From Candidatus Uhrbacteria bacterium (GTDB taxonomy: Bacteria; Patescibacteriota; Patescibacteriia; UBA9934; GWF2-40-263): DNA of 64,000 nucleotides. Position numbers and translations under genes: made by a program. Shown here piece after piece: positions 9,200-18,059 of the stretch. Numbering within the stretch: the stretch's first letter is position 1; the number at the start of each line of letters is the position of its first letter. Under the pieces are notes generated by a model, which was not told where the DNA came from, did not search any database, and worked only from the letters and a program-made list of their open reading frames with translations. The stretch covers positions 13,650 through 77,649 of the forward strand of contig JACPHU010000009.1 in the NCBI GenBank assembly GCA_016188495.1, written 5' to 3'.

Positions 9200-9235
9200 A
9201 CCCACCCTCTGAATACGTTCACGGGTGGGTTTTTG
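9200..9235 (+). terminator. Rho-independent terminator
   Basis: cccaccc-(15-nt loop)-gggtggg followed by ttttt. Confidence 0.65.
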
Positions 9236-9258
9236 ATTGTCATAATTGTCATAATTGC

Positions 9259-9288
9259 TTGACAAAAAGGCTATTTTCGTGTATTATA
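9259..9288 (+). promoter_or_regulatory. Consensus sigma-70-type promoter (TTGACA-17-TATTAT), preceded by direct repeat gtcataatt x2
   Basis: ttgaca aaaaggctattttcgtg tattat; ~65 nt 5' UTR, then SD aagagga before ATG 9357. Confidence 0.6.
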
Positions 9289-9356
9289 CGCGGTTCGTAA
9301 AGATTCGCTTTGCGATAAGATTTGTTGTTTTACAACCTGAAAAAGAGGAATAATCT

Positions 9357-10646
9357 ATGCAGTTTCCTTCAGATCAAGCAATCCGTCAGGCTGTTAAAGC
9401 TCTCCATAACGCTCCCCACTTGGTCTATATCTATCAGACCGGTGTGACCGGCGGGTTATGTCAGTGGTTGTGGACGCCTGGCGCATCCAGGACGATTATG
9501 GGATTCAATTTTATTTATCCTCAGGAATCCCAAGATGAAGTATTGGGTCACACTCCGGATAACTACTGTTCGGAGCTGAATGCTCTCCAACTTGCGGCTG
9601 CAGCTCGTGAGGAAGCGACTCGCCTGGCTCATAAGCGTAAGCTTTCGACTCATCCCGTCATTGGTATCGGTATTACCGGAGCGGTGAGTACGGATCGAGT
9701 TCGTCGTGGAGAGGATCGGGTTCATATCGCGGCCGCGACCAGTCAGGGCATGCATGTCTTTACGGTAGTATTCCTCAAACCGGTGGTTGAAGAGGCTCCG
9801 TTAGTAGAAGATGAAGAGGCACGTACCGCACGTCTGCTTAAGGAGGAGGAAATTCGTGCTGCTCATCGACTAGAAGAGGGGAAACTCGCAGATCTATTAG
9901 CGCTCAATCAGATCCTCCAGCTTGCTGGAATAGATCAAGTTCCTCTTTCCGACCTGAGCCTTCTTTCATTGTCCACTCCTTATCTTTTTTCGGGTCAGTA
10001 CGCAGATGAGTTTACGTTGGGGGATACTGAAGTGAAGTTAGCCGACGTCTATCAGACCAACTCGGTCGATAAGATGTTATCTCCTGCAGGTGAAGTTATC
10101 GATATCCAAACAGATGACTTCCGTCTGGATCCTGATGAATGGATTCGTTTTCCCGGTTCGTTTGCTCCACTGCATCACGGTCATGAAGAAATGGCAGAAA
10201 TGTTGGAGCGTCAGACGGGCAAAAGAGTCGTCTTCGAAATTTCCGCTACGCACCCGCAGAAGGGGTTTATCGGAAACGAGGAAATTCTGCGCAGGGTCAG
10301 TCAGTTCCGTTATCGGTGGAACGTACTGGTTACGCAGGGAGCGGGACTCTACGTTGAGAAGGCAGAATTGTTTCCTGGCGTCCCAATGTTGATCGGCGCC
10401 GATGCCGTTCTCAACATGCTCAACGAGAAGTACTATTCGGATGGAGCAAAGGGAGTTCGTCGGACTCTCGAGCGTCTTTCCGAACTTAAAACTCGATTTT
10501 ACGTGGTAGGCCGAGAGGTTGACGGTCAGTTCTTGACTCGAGACGATCTCCCGATTCCGCCACGGTTCGCAGCTCTGTTCTTGGATGTGAGCTGTCGTAA
10601 CGACGTGTCATCCTCTCAGATCCGTGCTCAGCAGCAGGGATGCTGA
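9357..10646 (+). CDS. Fusion protein: N-terminal CinA-C/PncC-like (NMN deamidase fold) domain plus C-terminal NadD-like nucleotidyltransferase (HxGH) domain
   Basis: N-terminal half aligns to the PncC pattern (TGG...PGAS...GFNFIY..ES.DEVLG...IGIGITGA...RVHIAAAT). C-terminal half has FPGSFAPLHHGH (HxGH) and SSSQIRAQ (the ISSTxIR motif of NaMN adenylyltransferase). Confidence 0.6.
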   Translation: MQFPSDQAIRQAVKALHNAPHLVYIYQTGVTGGLCQWLWTPGASRTIMGFNFIYPQESQDEVLGHTPDNYCSELNALQLAAAAREEATRLAHKRKLSTHPVIGIGITGAVSTDRVRRGEDRVHIAAATSQGMHVFTVVFLKPVVEEAPLVEDEEARTARLLKEEEIRAAHRLEEGKLADLLALNQILQLAGIDQVPLSDLSLLSLSTPYLFSGQYADEFTLGDTEVKLADVYQTNSVDKMLSPAGEVIDIQTDDFRLDPDEWIRFPGSFAPLHHGHEEMAEMLERQTGKRVVFEISATHPQKGFIGNEEILRRVSQFRYRWNVLVTQGAGLYVEKAELFPGVPMLIGADAVLNMLNEKYYSDGAKGVRRTLERLSELKTRFYVVGREVDGQFLTRDDLPIPPRFAALFLDVSCRNDVSSSQIRAQQQGC

Positions 10647-10668
10647 TAGTCCCTTCAATAATCTTACT

Positions 10669-10702
10669 ACCGATCCAGACGTCTGGATCGGTTTTTGTTT
10701 TT
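10669..10702 (+). terminator. Rho-independent terminator
   Basis: accgatccagac/gtctggatcggt (12-bp stem) followed by ttttgttttt. Confidence 0.75.
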
Positions 10703-10817
10703 GGGGTTGTCTTTTTTGTTTCTCATGTTACGCTGGGTAGGTGAATACACTGATCCCCCTTGTGTAACCCTCAAGGTACCCCCTAAAGCTAGACTTTAGG
10801 GGGCATTATGCATTTTT

Positions 10818-12854
10818 ATGAATTTTCAACTTCAATCTGACTACCAGCCAGCTGGCGATCAGCCTAAAGCGATCGTGTCTTTGGTTCGTGCGATCAATGC
10901 GGGTGAGCAATTTCAGACATTGCTGGGTGTGACGGGTTCTGGGAAGACGTTTACGATGGCCAATGTCATCGCTCAAACGCAAAAGCCAACGCTTGTCATT
11001 GCGCATAACAAAACACTTGCTGCACAGTTGTGTAATGAGTTTCGGGAGTTTTTTCCTGAAAATGCCGTGGAGTATTTTGTCAGCTATTACGATTACTACC
11101 AACCAGAGGCCTACATGCCACGCACGGACACCTATATTGAGAAAGAATCTCAAATCAACGAGGAAATTGATCGTCTGCGCCACTCGGCGACACAGGCCAT
11201 TTTGTCCCGTCGGGACGTTATTATTGTGGCGAGCGTTTCCTGTATTTATGCGCTTGGAAGTCCAGAGGAATATAAACAGACGGTTCTGCATATAGAAAAG
11301 GGAACGATGTTCGAGCGAAACGATCTTCTTCGTAAACTCACCGAAATGCAGTTTGAACGAACGTCAGCCGACCTTACCCGTGGACATGTGCGAGCACGTG
11401 GGGATGTGGTCGAAATCATGCCGATGAACGAGGAGATTGTGTATCGCCTTTTGTTTTCCGACGAAGGCGGATCCGGTTCTGTCGGGGAAAACGAGCGTGT
11501 GATCGACATTCAGTCGCTTCACCCCGTGACTCGTAAGCTCATCAATCCTTTGCAAGACGTGTGGATTTTTCCGGCCAAACATTACGTCGTTTCCCAACCG
11601 CGTCAGAAAGACGCACTTCGTGAAATTCGAGAGGATCTTGCCGCGCGATTAGACCAGTTTGATAAAGAGGGAAAGGTTTTGGAGGCTGAGCGACTTTCGC
11701 GCCGTACGCGTTATGATTTGGAAATGATTCAGGAGATCGGCTATTGCACAGGCATCGAAAACTACTCGCGTCATTTTGACGGGCGTTTGCCAGGCCAGCC
11801 GCCGTATACGTTATTGGATTATTTTCCAAAAGATTTTTTGACCATTATTGACGAATCCCATGTAACCGTCCCGCAAGTGGGCGGCATGTACAGCGGGGAT
11901 AAGGCTCGAAAAGAAACGCTCATCGAGCATGGCTTCCGGCTTCCTAGTGCCAAAGACAACCGTCCGTTGCAGTTTTCTGAATTTGAAGAGCGTCTCGGGC
12001 AAACCGTTTTTGTGAGCGCGACGCCTGGTAAGTACGAAGCCAAGGTCTCTTCGCACGTCGTAGAACAAATTATTCGCCCAACCGGACTGGTTGATCCTGA
12101 AGTGTCTATTCGACCGGTCACAGAAAAAGGGGAGTACCCAGGTCAGGTAGAAGATTTAATCTCTGAGATCCAAAAGCGTGTTGCGGAAAAACAACGTGCG
12201 CTTGTTACAACACTCACCAAAAAGATGGCAGAGGACCTCACAGAATTTTTGCTTCAAAAATCTATTAAAGTTCAGTATCTCCATTCAGACGTTCAGACCC
12301 TTGATCGCATTACAATTCTCTCTGATTTACGAAAAGGGATTTATGACGTAGTGGTGGGAGTAAACCTTTTGCGTGAAGGGCTTGATCTTCCGGAGGTTAC
12401 GTTGGTTGCGATTCTTGATGCGGATAAAGAAGGGTTCTTGCGTTCTGAAACAGCCATTATTCAGACCATTGGTCGAGCCGCTCGAAACGTAAAAGGAGAA
12501 GTGATCGTGTATGCGGATCAGCTCACAGGGTCTCTGGATCGAGCGCTCAAAGAAACGGATCGTCGTCGCAAGATTCAGCTTGCTTATAATAAAGAACATG
12601 GCATTACTCCAAAGTCTATTCAAAAAGAGATTAAAGATATCCGAGCCATGTTGAGTGGTGAGGAGGAACATTCGATTGAAGGAATTTTGAAGCTGGAGAT
12701 GACCGCTGAAACGCATGAAATCGAAGACGTCTTGAAAGAGAAAGAATATGAAATGAAGGAGGCAGCAAGGAAACTTGATTTTGAAACCGCTGCCATTTTA
12801 CGAGACGAAATCGCGATACTTTCTAAAGAATTAAACTCAAAGAAAAAGAAGTAG
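10818..12854 (+). CDS. uvrB: Excinuclease ABC subunit B
   Basis: 678 aa with GVTGSGKT Walker A, helicase motifs, [13 protein letters not shown] beta-hairpin, and the C-terminal UvrB/UvrC interaction motif [18 protein letters not shown]. Confidence 0.95.
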   Translation: MNFQLQSDYQPAGDQPKAIVSLVRAINAGEQFQTLLGVTGSGKTFTMANVIAQTQKPTLVIAHNKTLAAQLCNEFREFFPENAVEYFVSYYDYYQPEAYMPRTDTYIEKESQINEEIDRLRHSATQAILSRRDVIIVASVSCIYALGSPEEYKQTVLHIEKGTMFERNDLLRKLTEMQFERTSADLTRGHVRARGDVVEIMPMNEEIVYRLLFSDEGGSGSVGENERVIDIQSLHPVTRKLINPLQDVWIFPAKHYVVSQPRQKDALREIREDLAARLDQFDKEGKVLEAERLSRRTRYDLEMIQEIGYCTGIENYSRHFDGRLPGQPPYTLLDYFPKDFLTIIDESHVTVPQVGGMYSGDKARKETLIEHGFRLPSAKDNRPLQFSEFEERLGQTVFVSATPGKYEAKVSSHVVEQIIRPTGLVDPEVSIRPVTEKGEYPGQVEDLISEIQKRVAEKQRALVTTLTKKMAEDLTEFLLQKSIKVQYLHSDVQTLDRITILSDLRKGIYDVVVGVNLLREGLDLPEVTLVAILDADKEGFLRSETAIIQTIGRAARNVKGEVIVYADQLTGSLDRALKETDRRRKIQLAYNKEHGITPKSIQKEIKDIRAMLSGEEEHSIEGILKLEMTAETHEIEDVLKEKEYEMKEAARKLDFETAAILRDEIAILSKELNSKKKK

Positions 12855-12989
12855 AACTTACACACTTGGCCCATTTTGGGTTTATGGGGCCCCTGCGACT
12901 CATCACCGTATTATGAATACGGCTCTGTCGTCGCTTCCCCATGCACCCAAACTGGACTCAATTGTGCAAGTTCTAATAAGAGAAATGGT

Positions 12990-15524
12990 ATGCAAGATAA
13001 AATTAAAGTAAAAGGAGCCAGAGAACATAACCTTAAAAACATTTCTGTTGAAATGCCTCGCAACAAGCTGATTTGTATTACCGGTGTTTCTGGTTCTGGA
13101 AAATCAAGTCTTGCCTTTGATACGATTTTTGCCGAGGGTCAACGTCGATACGTGGAAAGTTTATCCGCCTATGCCCGTCAGTTTTTAGGACAGATGGAAA
13201 AACCAGATGTCGATGAAATTGAAGGATTATCTCCCGCGATTTCCATTGATCAAAAGGCCCATGGAAGCAATCCACGTTCAACCGTTGCCACAATCACGGA
13301 GATTTACGATTATTTACGTGTCTTGTTTGCCCGTGTGGGTCAGCCGCACTGCGTAAAGTGCGGAGAGAAAATTCAAAAACTCACAAATGAAGAGATGGTG
13401 GATTTGATTATTCACAACAGTTCAACATGGGAAAAAACAGGTTCTATCAAAATATTGGCGCCGGTGGTGAAGGGACGTAAGGGTGAGTATTATCAGCTTC
13501 TATATGATCTTTATAACTCAGGATTTGTTCGAGTACGGATTGATGGAGAAGAACATCGTTTAGATCAACCCATTAAGTTGGCTCGTTATAAACAACATAC
13601 GATTGAAATCGTGGTCGATACGATTCCTGTCTCTGCGTTTAAGACCAACGAAAAAGATACTCGTCAGCGTTTAGCCGATGCGCTTGAAATTGGGGTAGAT
13701 CGTGGAGAAGATGTGGTGAATATTATTTATCCAGATAGCAGTGAACAACTTTTGTCCGCAAAGTTTAGCTGTCCCAAAGACGGATTTTCATTTCCAGAAA
13801 TTGAACCGAGACTTTTTTCTTTTAACTCTCCTTACGGTGCCTGTCCTGAGTGTACGGGTTTGGGAACGGCTGAGCTTTATTCAGAAGAGTTGTGTGGAAA
13901 ATGTTCTGGCGCACGACTGCGCGAAGAGGCTCTGTTTGTTTGGTTACCTCCAGGACAAGGTGATAAAAGAAAAGGAATCTCCATTGTCGAAATTTCCAGA
14001 ATGTCTATTTCAGAGTCTGTAGAATATTTTAAACACGTTTCTTTTGATGAGAAACAGCAGCAGATTGCCGGATCTGTCTTAAAAGAAATTGAGAACCGTT
14101 TAACGTTCATGTTGGACGTAGGGCTTCATTACCTCACGCTTAATCGTATGGCGGGAACTCTCTCTGGTGGTGAGGCACAACGCATCCGTCTTGCCTCTCA
14201 AGTTGGTTCTCGATTGGTAGGAGCTTTGTATGTATTGGATGAGCCTACCATCGGACTCCATCAGCGCGATAACGATCGTTTGATTGAAACCCTTGAAGAT
14301 CTCCGTGATCTTGGAAATACCGTGTTAGTGGTCGAGCATGATGAGGATACGATGCTCGCATCAGATTACATGATCGAAATCGGTCCAGGAGCTGGAGTCA
14401 ATGGAGGGTATCTGATTGCGGCCGGGGATACAGCAGAGGTGTTAAAAGACAAAAATTCTCTTACCGCCGCTTATTTGCGCGGAGATAAAAAAATTGACGT
14501 TCCAACAGAACGTCGTGCTCCTGGTAAAGATGTCATCAAAATTAAAGGCGCTTCACAAAATAATTTGAAGAACATCGATGTAGAAATTCCACTACGAAGA
14601 TTTGTCTGTGTGACAGGAGTTTCAGGTTCTGGAAAGTCCACCCTTGCTTATGAAACCATGTATAAAACGATTTCTCAGAAATTGTATGGAGGTAAACAAA
14701 CTCCTGGAAACCACAAAGCGGTATTGGGCGTTGAATATTTAGACAAAGCTATTTTGATTGACCAAGGAGCCATTGGTCGTACCTCTCGTTCAAACCCCGC
14801 AACCTATACCGGTTCCTGGGAACCTATTCGAGACATATTTGCCCAGACATCCGAGGCTCGTTATCGCGGATATAAAAAAGGACGATTTAGTTTTAATCGT
14901 CCAGGGGGCCGTTGTGAAAATTGCGAAGGTCACGGTCTTATCTCTATTGAAATGCATTTTTTGCCTACGGTGTACGTGACCTGCGATGTGTGTAAAGGCC
15001 GACGGTTTGATCGAGAAACTTTAGAGATTACTTACAAAGAGAAAAATATCTTTCAGGTACTGGATATGGAGGTAGAGCAGGCTGCTGAGTTTTTTAAAGA
15101 AATTCCTGCGATCTCTGACCGTCTTGAAACACTTAAGCGTGTAGGTCTTGGATATGTGAAATTAGGGCAATCCGCCCCGACTCTTTCAGGAGGGGAGGCG
15201 CAGCGCGTGAAACTTTCTACAGAACTCGCCAAACGTCAGACAGGAAAAACCCTCTATCTGCTTGATGAACCAACAACGGGTCTACACTTTGAGGATGTAA
15301 AAAAATTGCTTGAAGTTCTGCATGAGCTTGTTGATAAAGGAAATACTGTGGTGGTGATCGAACATAACTTAGACGTGATCAAAACAGCCGATTGGCTCAT
15401 TGATTTGGGTCCAGAAGGTGGGGATTTGGGAGGAGAGCTGGTGATCGCCGGTACCCCAGAGGACGTTGCCCGTCATAAGGGAAGTTATACAGGGCAGTAT
15501 TTAAAACGGATATTGAAAAAGTAG
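12990..15524 (+). CDS. uvrA: Excinuclease ABC subunit A
   Basis: Starts [18 protein letters not shown]. Two ABC modules ([14 protein letters not shown]...LSGGEAQR...LYVLDEPT; [14 protein letters not shown]...LSGGEAQR...LYLLDEPT) and Zn fingers CxxC. The upstream part of ORF 12876 lacks homology. Confidence 0.93.
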   Translation: MQDKIKVKGAREHNLKNISVEMPRNKLICITGVSGSGKSSLAFDTIFAEGQRRYVESLSAYARQFLGQMEKPDVDEIEGLSPAISIDQKAHGSNPRSTVATITEIYDYLRVLFARVGQPHCVKCGEKIQKLTNEEMVDLIIHNSSTWEKTGSIKILAPVVKGRKGEYYQLLYDLYNSGFVRVRIDGEEHRLDQPIKLARYKQHTIEIVVDTIPVSAFKTNEKDTRQRLADALEIGVDRGEDVVNIIYPDSSEQLLSAKFSCPKDGFSFPEIEPRLFSFNSPYGACPECTGLGTAELYSEELCGKCSGARLREEALFVWLPPGQGDKRKGISIVEISRMSISESVEYFKHVSFDEKQQQIAGSVLKEIENRLTFMLDVGLHYLTLNRMAGTLSGGEAQRIRLASQVGSRLVGALYVLDEPTIGLHQRDNDRLIETLEDLRDLGNTVLVVEHDEDTMLASDYMIEIGPGAGVNGGYLIAAGDTAEVLKDKNSLTAAYLRGDKKIDVPTERRAPGKDVIKIKGASQNNLKNIDVEIPLRRFVCVTGVSGSGKSTLAYETMYKTISQKLYGGKQTPGNHKAVLGVEYLDKAILIDQGAIGRTSRSNPATYTGSWEPIRDIFAQTSEARYRGYKKGRFSFNRPGGRCENCEGHGLISIEMHFLPTVYVTCDVCKGRRFDRETLEITYKEKNIFQVLDMEVEQAAEFFKEIPAISDRLETLKRVGLGYVKLGQSAPTLSGGEAQRVKLSTELAKRQTGKTLYLLDEPTTGLHFEDVKKLLEVLHELVDKGNTVVVIEHNLDVIKTADWLIDLGPEGGDLGGELVIAGTPEDVARHKGSYTGQYLKRILKK

Positions 15525-15637
15525 GTGGATAGAACTTAAGTCGCCCATTATATTCCCTGAGCGAGGAGTCCTCGACGAGTCGAAGGGTGCAGATCATGCT
15601 AAAATTATTCTGTCATTTAATGTTCTTAATGTATTTT

Positions 15638-16348
15638 ATGAAAAAAGTTTTTCTTGTATTCAGTCTAGCCTTGTTTCTTAGTGGAGGAGGATGTGTTTCC
15701 ACACCAGTTCTACAAACAGAAACAACGACTCAAAATGAACCTGTTTCTGAAAAAACGACACAAGAAGCCGTTGAAGAACTTCAAACAGAAGAGGAATTTA
15801 CTGGTCCAACAGAGACATCGGATCCGCTCACTGAGGATGAATTGGGATTTTCAGTCGAAGCTCCCGAAGATTGGGGTGAATTTTCTGCTGTATTGTATAG
15901 ACAATGGTGGCCACAGGAGCCTGGTTTGGGGGAAGATAAAGAATATCGAGGGGTCTTTAGTCAGCAATCAGCTGTTATCTACCGCACGACGTTAAGTGCT
16001 GTGGCTCGAGGAGGATATGTTGGCGATGTTCAGGGGTATCTCAAACAATCGGATGGTTATTATCTATTGTCCCCCGGAGCTTCCACAGGACCTCAAATAC
16101 AGGTTCCGACTGAATATATCGTAGGAGAAATTTCGTTAGCAAATGCTACAGCTTTATTATTAAAAGGTTCTTCTCAAGGTGAAGAAGGTCCAAGTTTTTT
16201 CCCGAATGACCCTGATGAATTTGTTGCTGTCATCAACACTCCTAAAGGTTCTGTGACCGGCGGCGTCTTTATTGCCAATATGGATGGTCAGCCCGTTGTG
16301 ACTATGGAAGCATTTAAGGCGATGTTATTGGGAGTTCTATTGGAATAG
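15638..16348 (+). CDS. Hypothetical lipoprotein
   Basis: MKKVFLVFSLALFLSGGGC lipobox, then a Thr/Glu-rich linker. No catalytic motifs recognised. Confidence 0.6.
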   Translation: MKKVFLVFSLALFLSGGGCVSTPVLQTETTTQNEPVSEKTTQEAVEELQTEEEFTGPTETSDPLTEDELGFSVEAPEDWGEFSAVLYRQWWPQEPGLGEDKEYRGVFSQQSAVIYRTTLSAVARGGYVGDVQGYLKQSDGYYLLSPGASTGPQIQVPTEYIVGEISLANATALLLKGSSQGEEGPSFFPNDPDEFVAVINTPKGSVTGGVFIANMDGQPVVTMEAFKAMLLGVLLE

Positions 16349-16356
16349 AATTTTTC

Positions 16357-16402
16357 AAATCAAAAGAAGGATCACGCAATGTGATCCTTCTTTTGATTTT
16401 CC
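16357..16402 (+). terminator. Rho-independent terminator (19-bp stem)
   Basis: aaatcaaaagaaggatcac-gcaat-gtgatccttcttttgattt. Confidence 0.75.
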
Positions 16403-16553
16403 CAGGGTAAACACGCCATCAGTTTGGTTTGTAGAGAGTCCCATTTCCTGTTGGGGTATATGTCCAAATAGGTTGACAAAACTCTATTTTTATGATAAAG
16501 TTATTAGGTTTTTATTGAACATATTGTCAGTAAACCCTTGATTCGGAGGTTTT

Positions 16554-17090
16554 ATGGAGATGCATAAGGCACCGGTGTTATGTATGGTCGATTATGGCGA
16601 AGTGTTCTTTACCACTCAGTCCCTGGCTGATCAGCGGGGGGATGACTGGAGTAGTGCTCCATATGAGCATAATGCTGGAGATCCCTACGAACCCTGTTGG
16701 CACAACAGGCCCGACCAACAGAGAGAGGCCCCATGTCGGTGTGAGCGTTGCCAGAAGGATTGGAATGAAGATGGTTCCCCGAAGTGGGAGATCACTTCCT
16801 TCTGTATTGAGGGGGTCGAGTTAGCGGAACCCATGGATCTGCTGACTCGGCATTACATCAGTGTGAAGGATGTCAACCGTGGAATCGTTCCATGGCTGAC
16901 CAATGGTGTATGGGATGAGGAAGCGAACGAGGACTGGGATCCGTGGGGAGATGTTCCTGCCGTCTTGACCCCGCCGGCTGACGGAAGTCCACTCATTTCC
17001 ATCATGGCCGGGACCAGCCTGGAGGAGTTCACCCGTCTCATCGAGTCGATCGGTGGAACGGTTCGGTTGTATGAACCGACTCCAGAGTGA
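16554..17090 (+). CDS. Hypothetical acidic protein with a CxnCxCxxC motif
   Basis: 178 aa, preceded by SD ggagg. Contains CWHNRPDQQREAPCRCERC. GC-rich compared with surrounding genes. Confidence 0.5.
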   Translation: MEMHKAPVLCMVDYGEVFFTTQSLADQRGDDWSSAPYEHNAGDPYEPCWHNRPDQQREAPCRCERCQKDWNEDGSPKWEITSFCIEGVELAEPMDLLTRHYISVKDVNRGIVPWLTNGVWDEEANEDWDPWGDVPAVLTPPADGSPLISIMAGTSLEEFTRLIESIGGTVRLYEPTPE

Positions 17091-17112
17091 AGAGCGGACT
17101 CGTCAATTAAGC

Positions 17113-17186
17113 TCGCGCACTCGCGCCAGCGGAAATAGCTCACTCATGTGAAGCTTCCGCTGACCGTGGGTGCGCTATTTTTTTTG
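17113..17186 (+). terminator. Compound hairpin terminator
   Basis: Outer stem gcgcac/gtgcgc encloses cagcggaa...ttccgctg (with an inner agctcac/gtgaagct stem), then tattttttttgg. Confidence 0.55.
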
Positions 17187-17212
17187 GAATGAACATGTTG
17201 TTGAGAATAAAA

Positions 17213-17244
17213 AACAGGACCACATTGCATGGTCCTGTTTTTTG
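17213..17244. terminator. Bidirectional Rho-independent terminator between convergent genes
   Basis: aaaaacaggacc-acattgca-tggtcctgtttttt; A-run and T-run flank the stem. Confidence 0.75.
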
Positions 17245-17245
17245 G

Positions 17246-17755
17246 TTATTGCACGATGAGTGTTCCTGCCATTCCCGAGGATTTGTGGGAACCGATGTCG
17301 CAGTAGAACGAATAGCTTCCAGGTTCGGACGGCGCGGTGAAGAGGAGGGACTCGCCTTCGTTGATGCTGAAGTTGATGCTTGAGGCGGGTAATACGAACG
17401 TATGCATGCCGGTATTTTTGGCAAAGGTGATTTTGACGCGTCCGCCTGCCGGGGCCGTGATGGTGTTTGGCGTAAAGAAGTAGTTGCCGCTTTCCATACT
17501 GACCGCCGTTTCTGTTTCAAGCCCGAGCGTGACTTCCGTCACAGGCACCGCCGTGGTACCACCCTCGCTGTTTTCGTTTCCTGTAACAGCAACGGTTCCG
17601 GTCTCCGTCGTCACCTCAATTTCCGGCGTCGGAGAGTTGGCTTGTTCCTGCGTGTTCGTGTCTTTTGAAGCAGGCAGGGTTGAATCGGCGGGCGTCTGGG
17701 CACACCCAGCCCCAAGCAAGGTAACAACCAGTAAAAGAGAAAAAAGAGAATTCAT
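17246..17755 (-). CDS. Cupredoxin (plastocyanin/azurin-like blue-copper) domain lipoprotein
   Basis: Signal peptide plus lipobox LLGAGC. Type-1 copper ligand pattern GMHTFV ... YSFYCDIGSHKSSGMAGTLIV (His, Cys, His, Met). Confidence 0.75.
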   Translation of the reverse strand: MNSLFSLLLVVTLLGAGCAQTPADSTLPASKDTNTQEQANSPTPEIEVTTETGTVAVTGNENSEGGTTAVPVTEVTLGLETETAVSMESGNYFFTPNTITAPAGGRVKITFAKNTGMHTFVLPASSINFSINEGESLLFTAPSEPGSYSFYCDIGSHKSSGMAGTLIVQ

Positions 17756-17758
17756 AAT

Positions 17759-18013
17759 CTACGTTGCTAAATTTGCAATGACCAACTTGAGAAGATCAAC
17801 AGCTAATCTTGGATTTTGTGTATCTGCTATGTCCTTAATGCGATCACAAAATTCACTTATCTCTCCTGGGTGCTGGCGAATAAACGTTATGACAACAGGC
17901 ATATTGTTTTCAGCATCAGTGAATAACATTGATACAGCCTCGCCCACATCTTTAATTTCATGTGTTTCTCTTTTTGATTCTGATCTAAAATTGTTCTGTT
18001 CTCTCGTGTTCAT
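17759..18013 (-). CDS. Hypothetical protein (84 aa)
   Basis: ORF directly upstream of, and co-oriented with, the cupredoxin gene. No motifs recognised. Confidence 0.35.
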   Translation of the reverse strand: MNTREQNNFRSESKRETHEIKDVGEAVSMLFTDAENNMPVVITFIRQHPGEISEFCDRIKDIADTQNPRLAVDLLKLVIANLAT

Positions 18014-18059
18014 AACGGTTTTTTAATAATATAGGTATTATGTTTAAAGCTTACCATCC

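Noticed and set aside
10806-11291. 161-aa minus-strand ORF overlapping the uvrB start region
   Set aside because: It lies entirely inside well-conserved uvrB coding sequence. It has no RBS and a low-complexity product.
12876-12989. N-terminal 38-codon extension of the uvrA ORF
   Set aside because: UvrA homology starts at [18 protein letters not shown] (ATG 12990). The upstream in-frame stretch overlaps the structured uvrB-uvrA spacer and has no homology.
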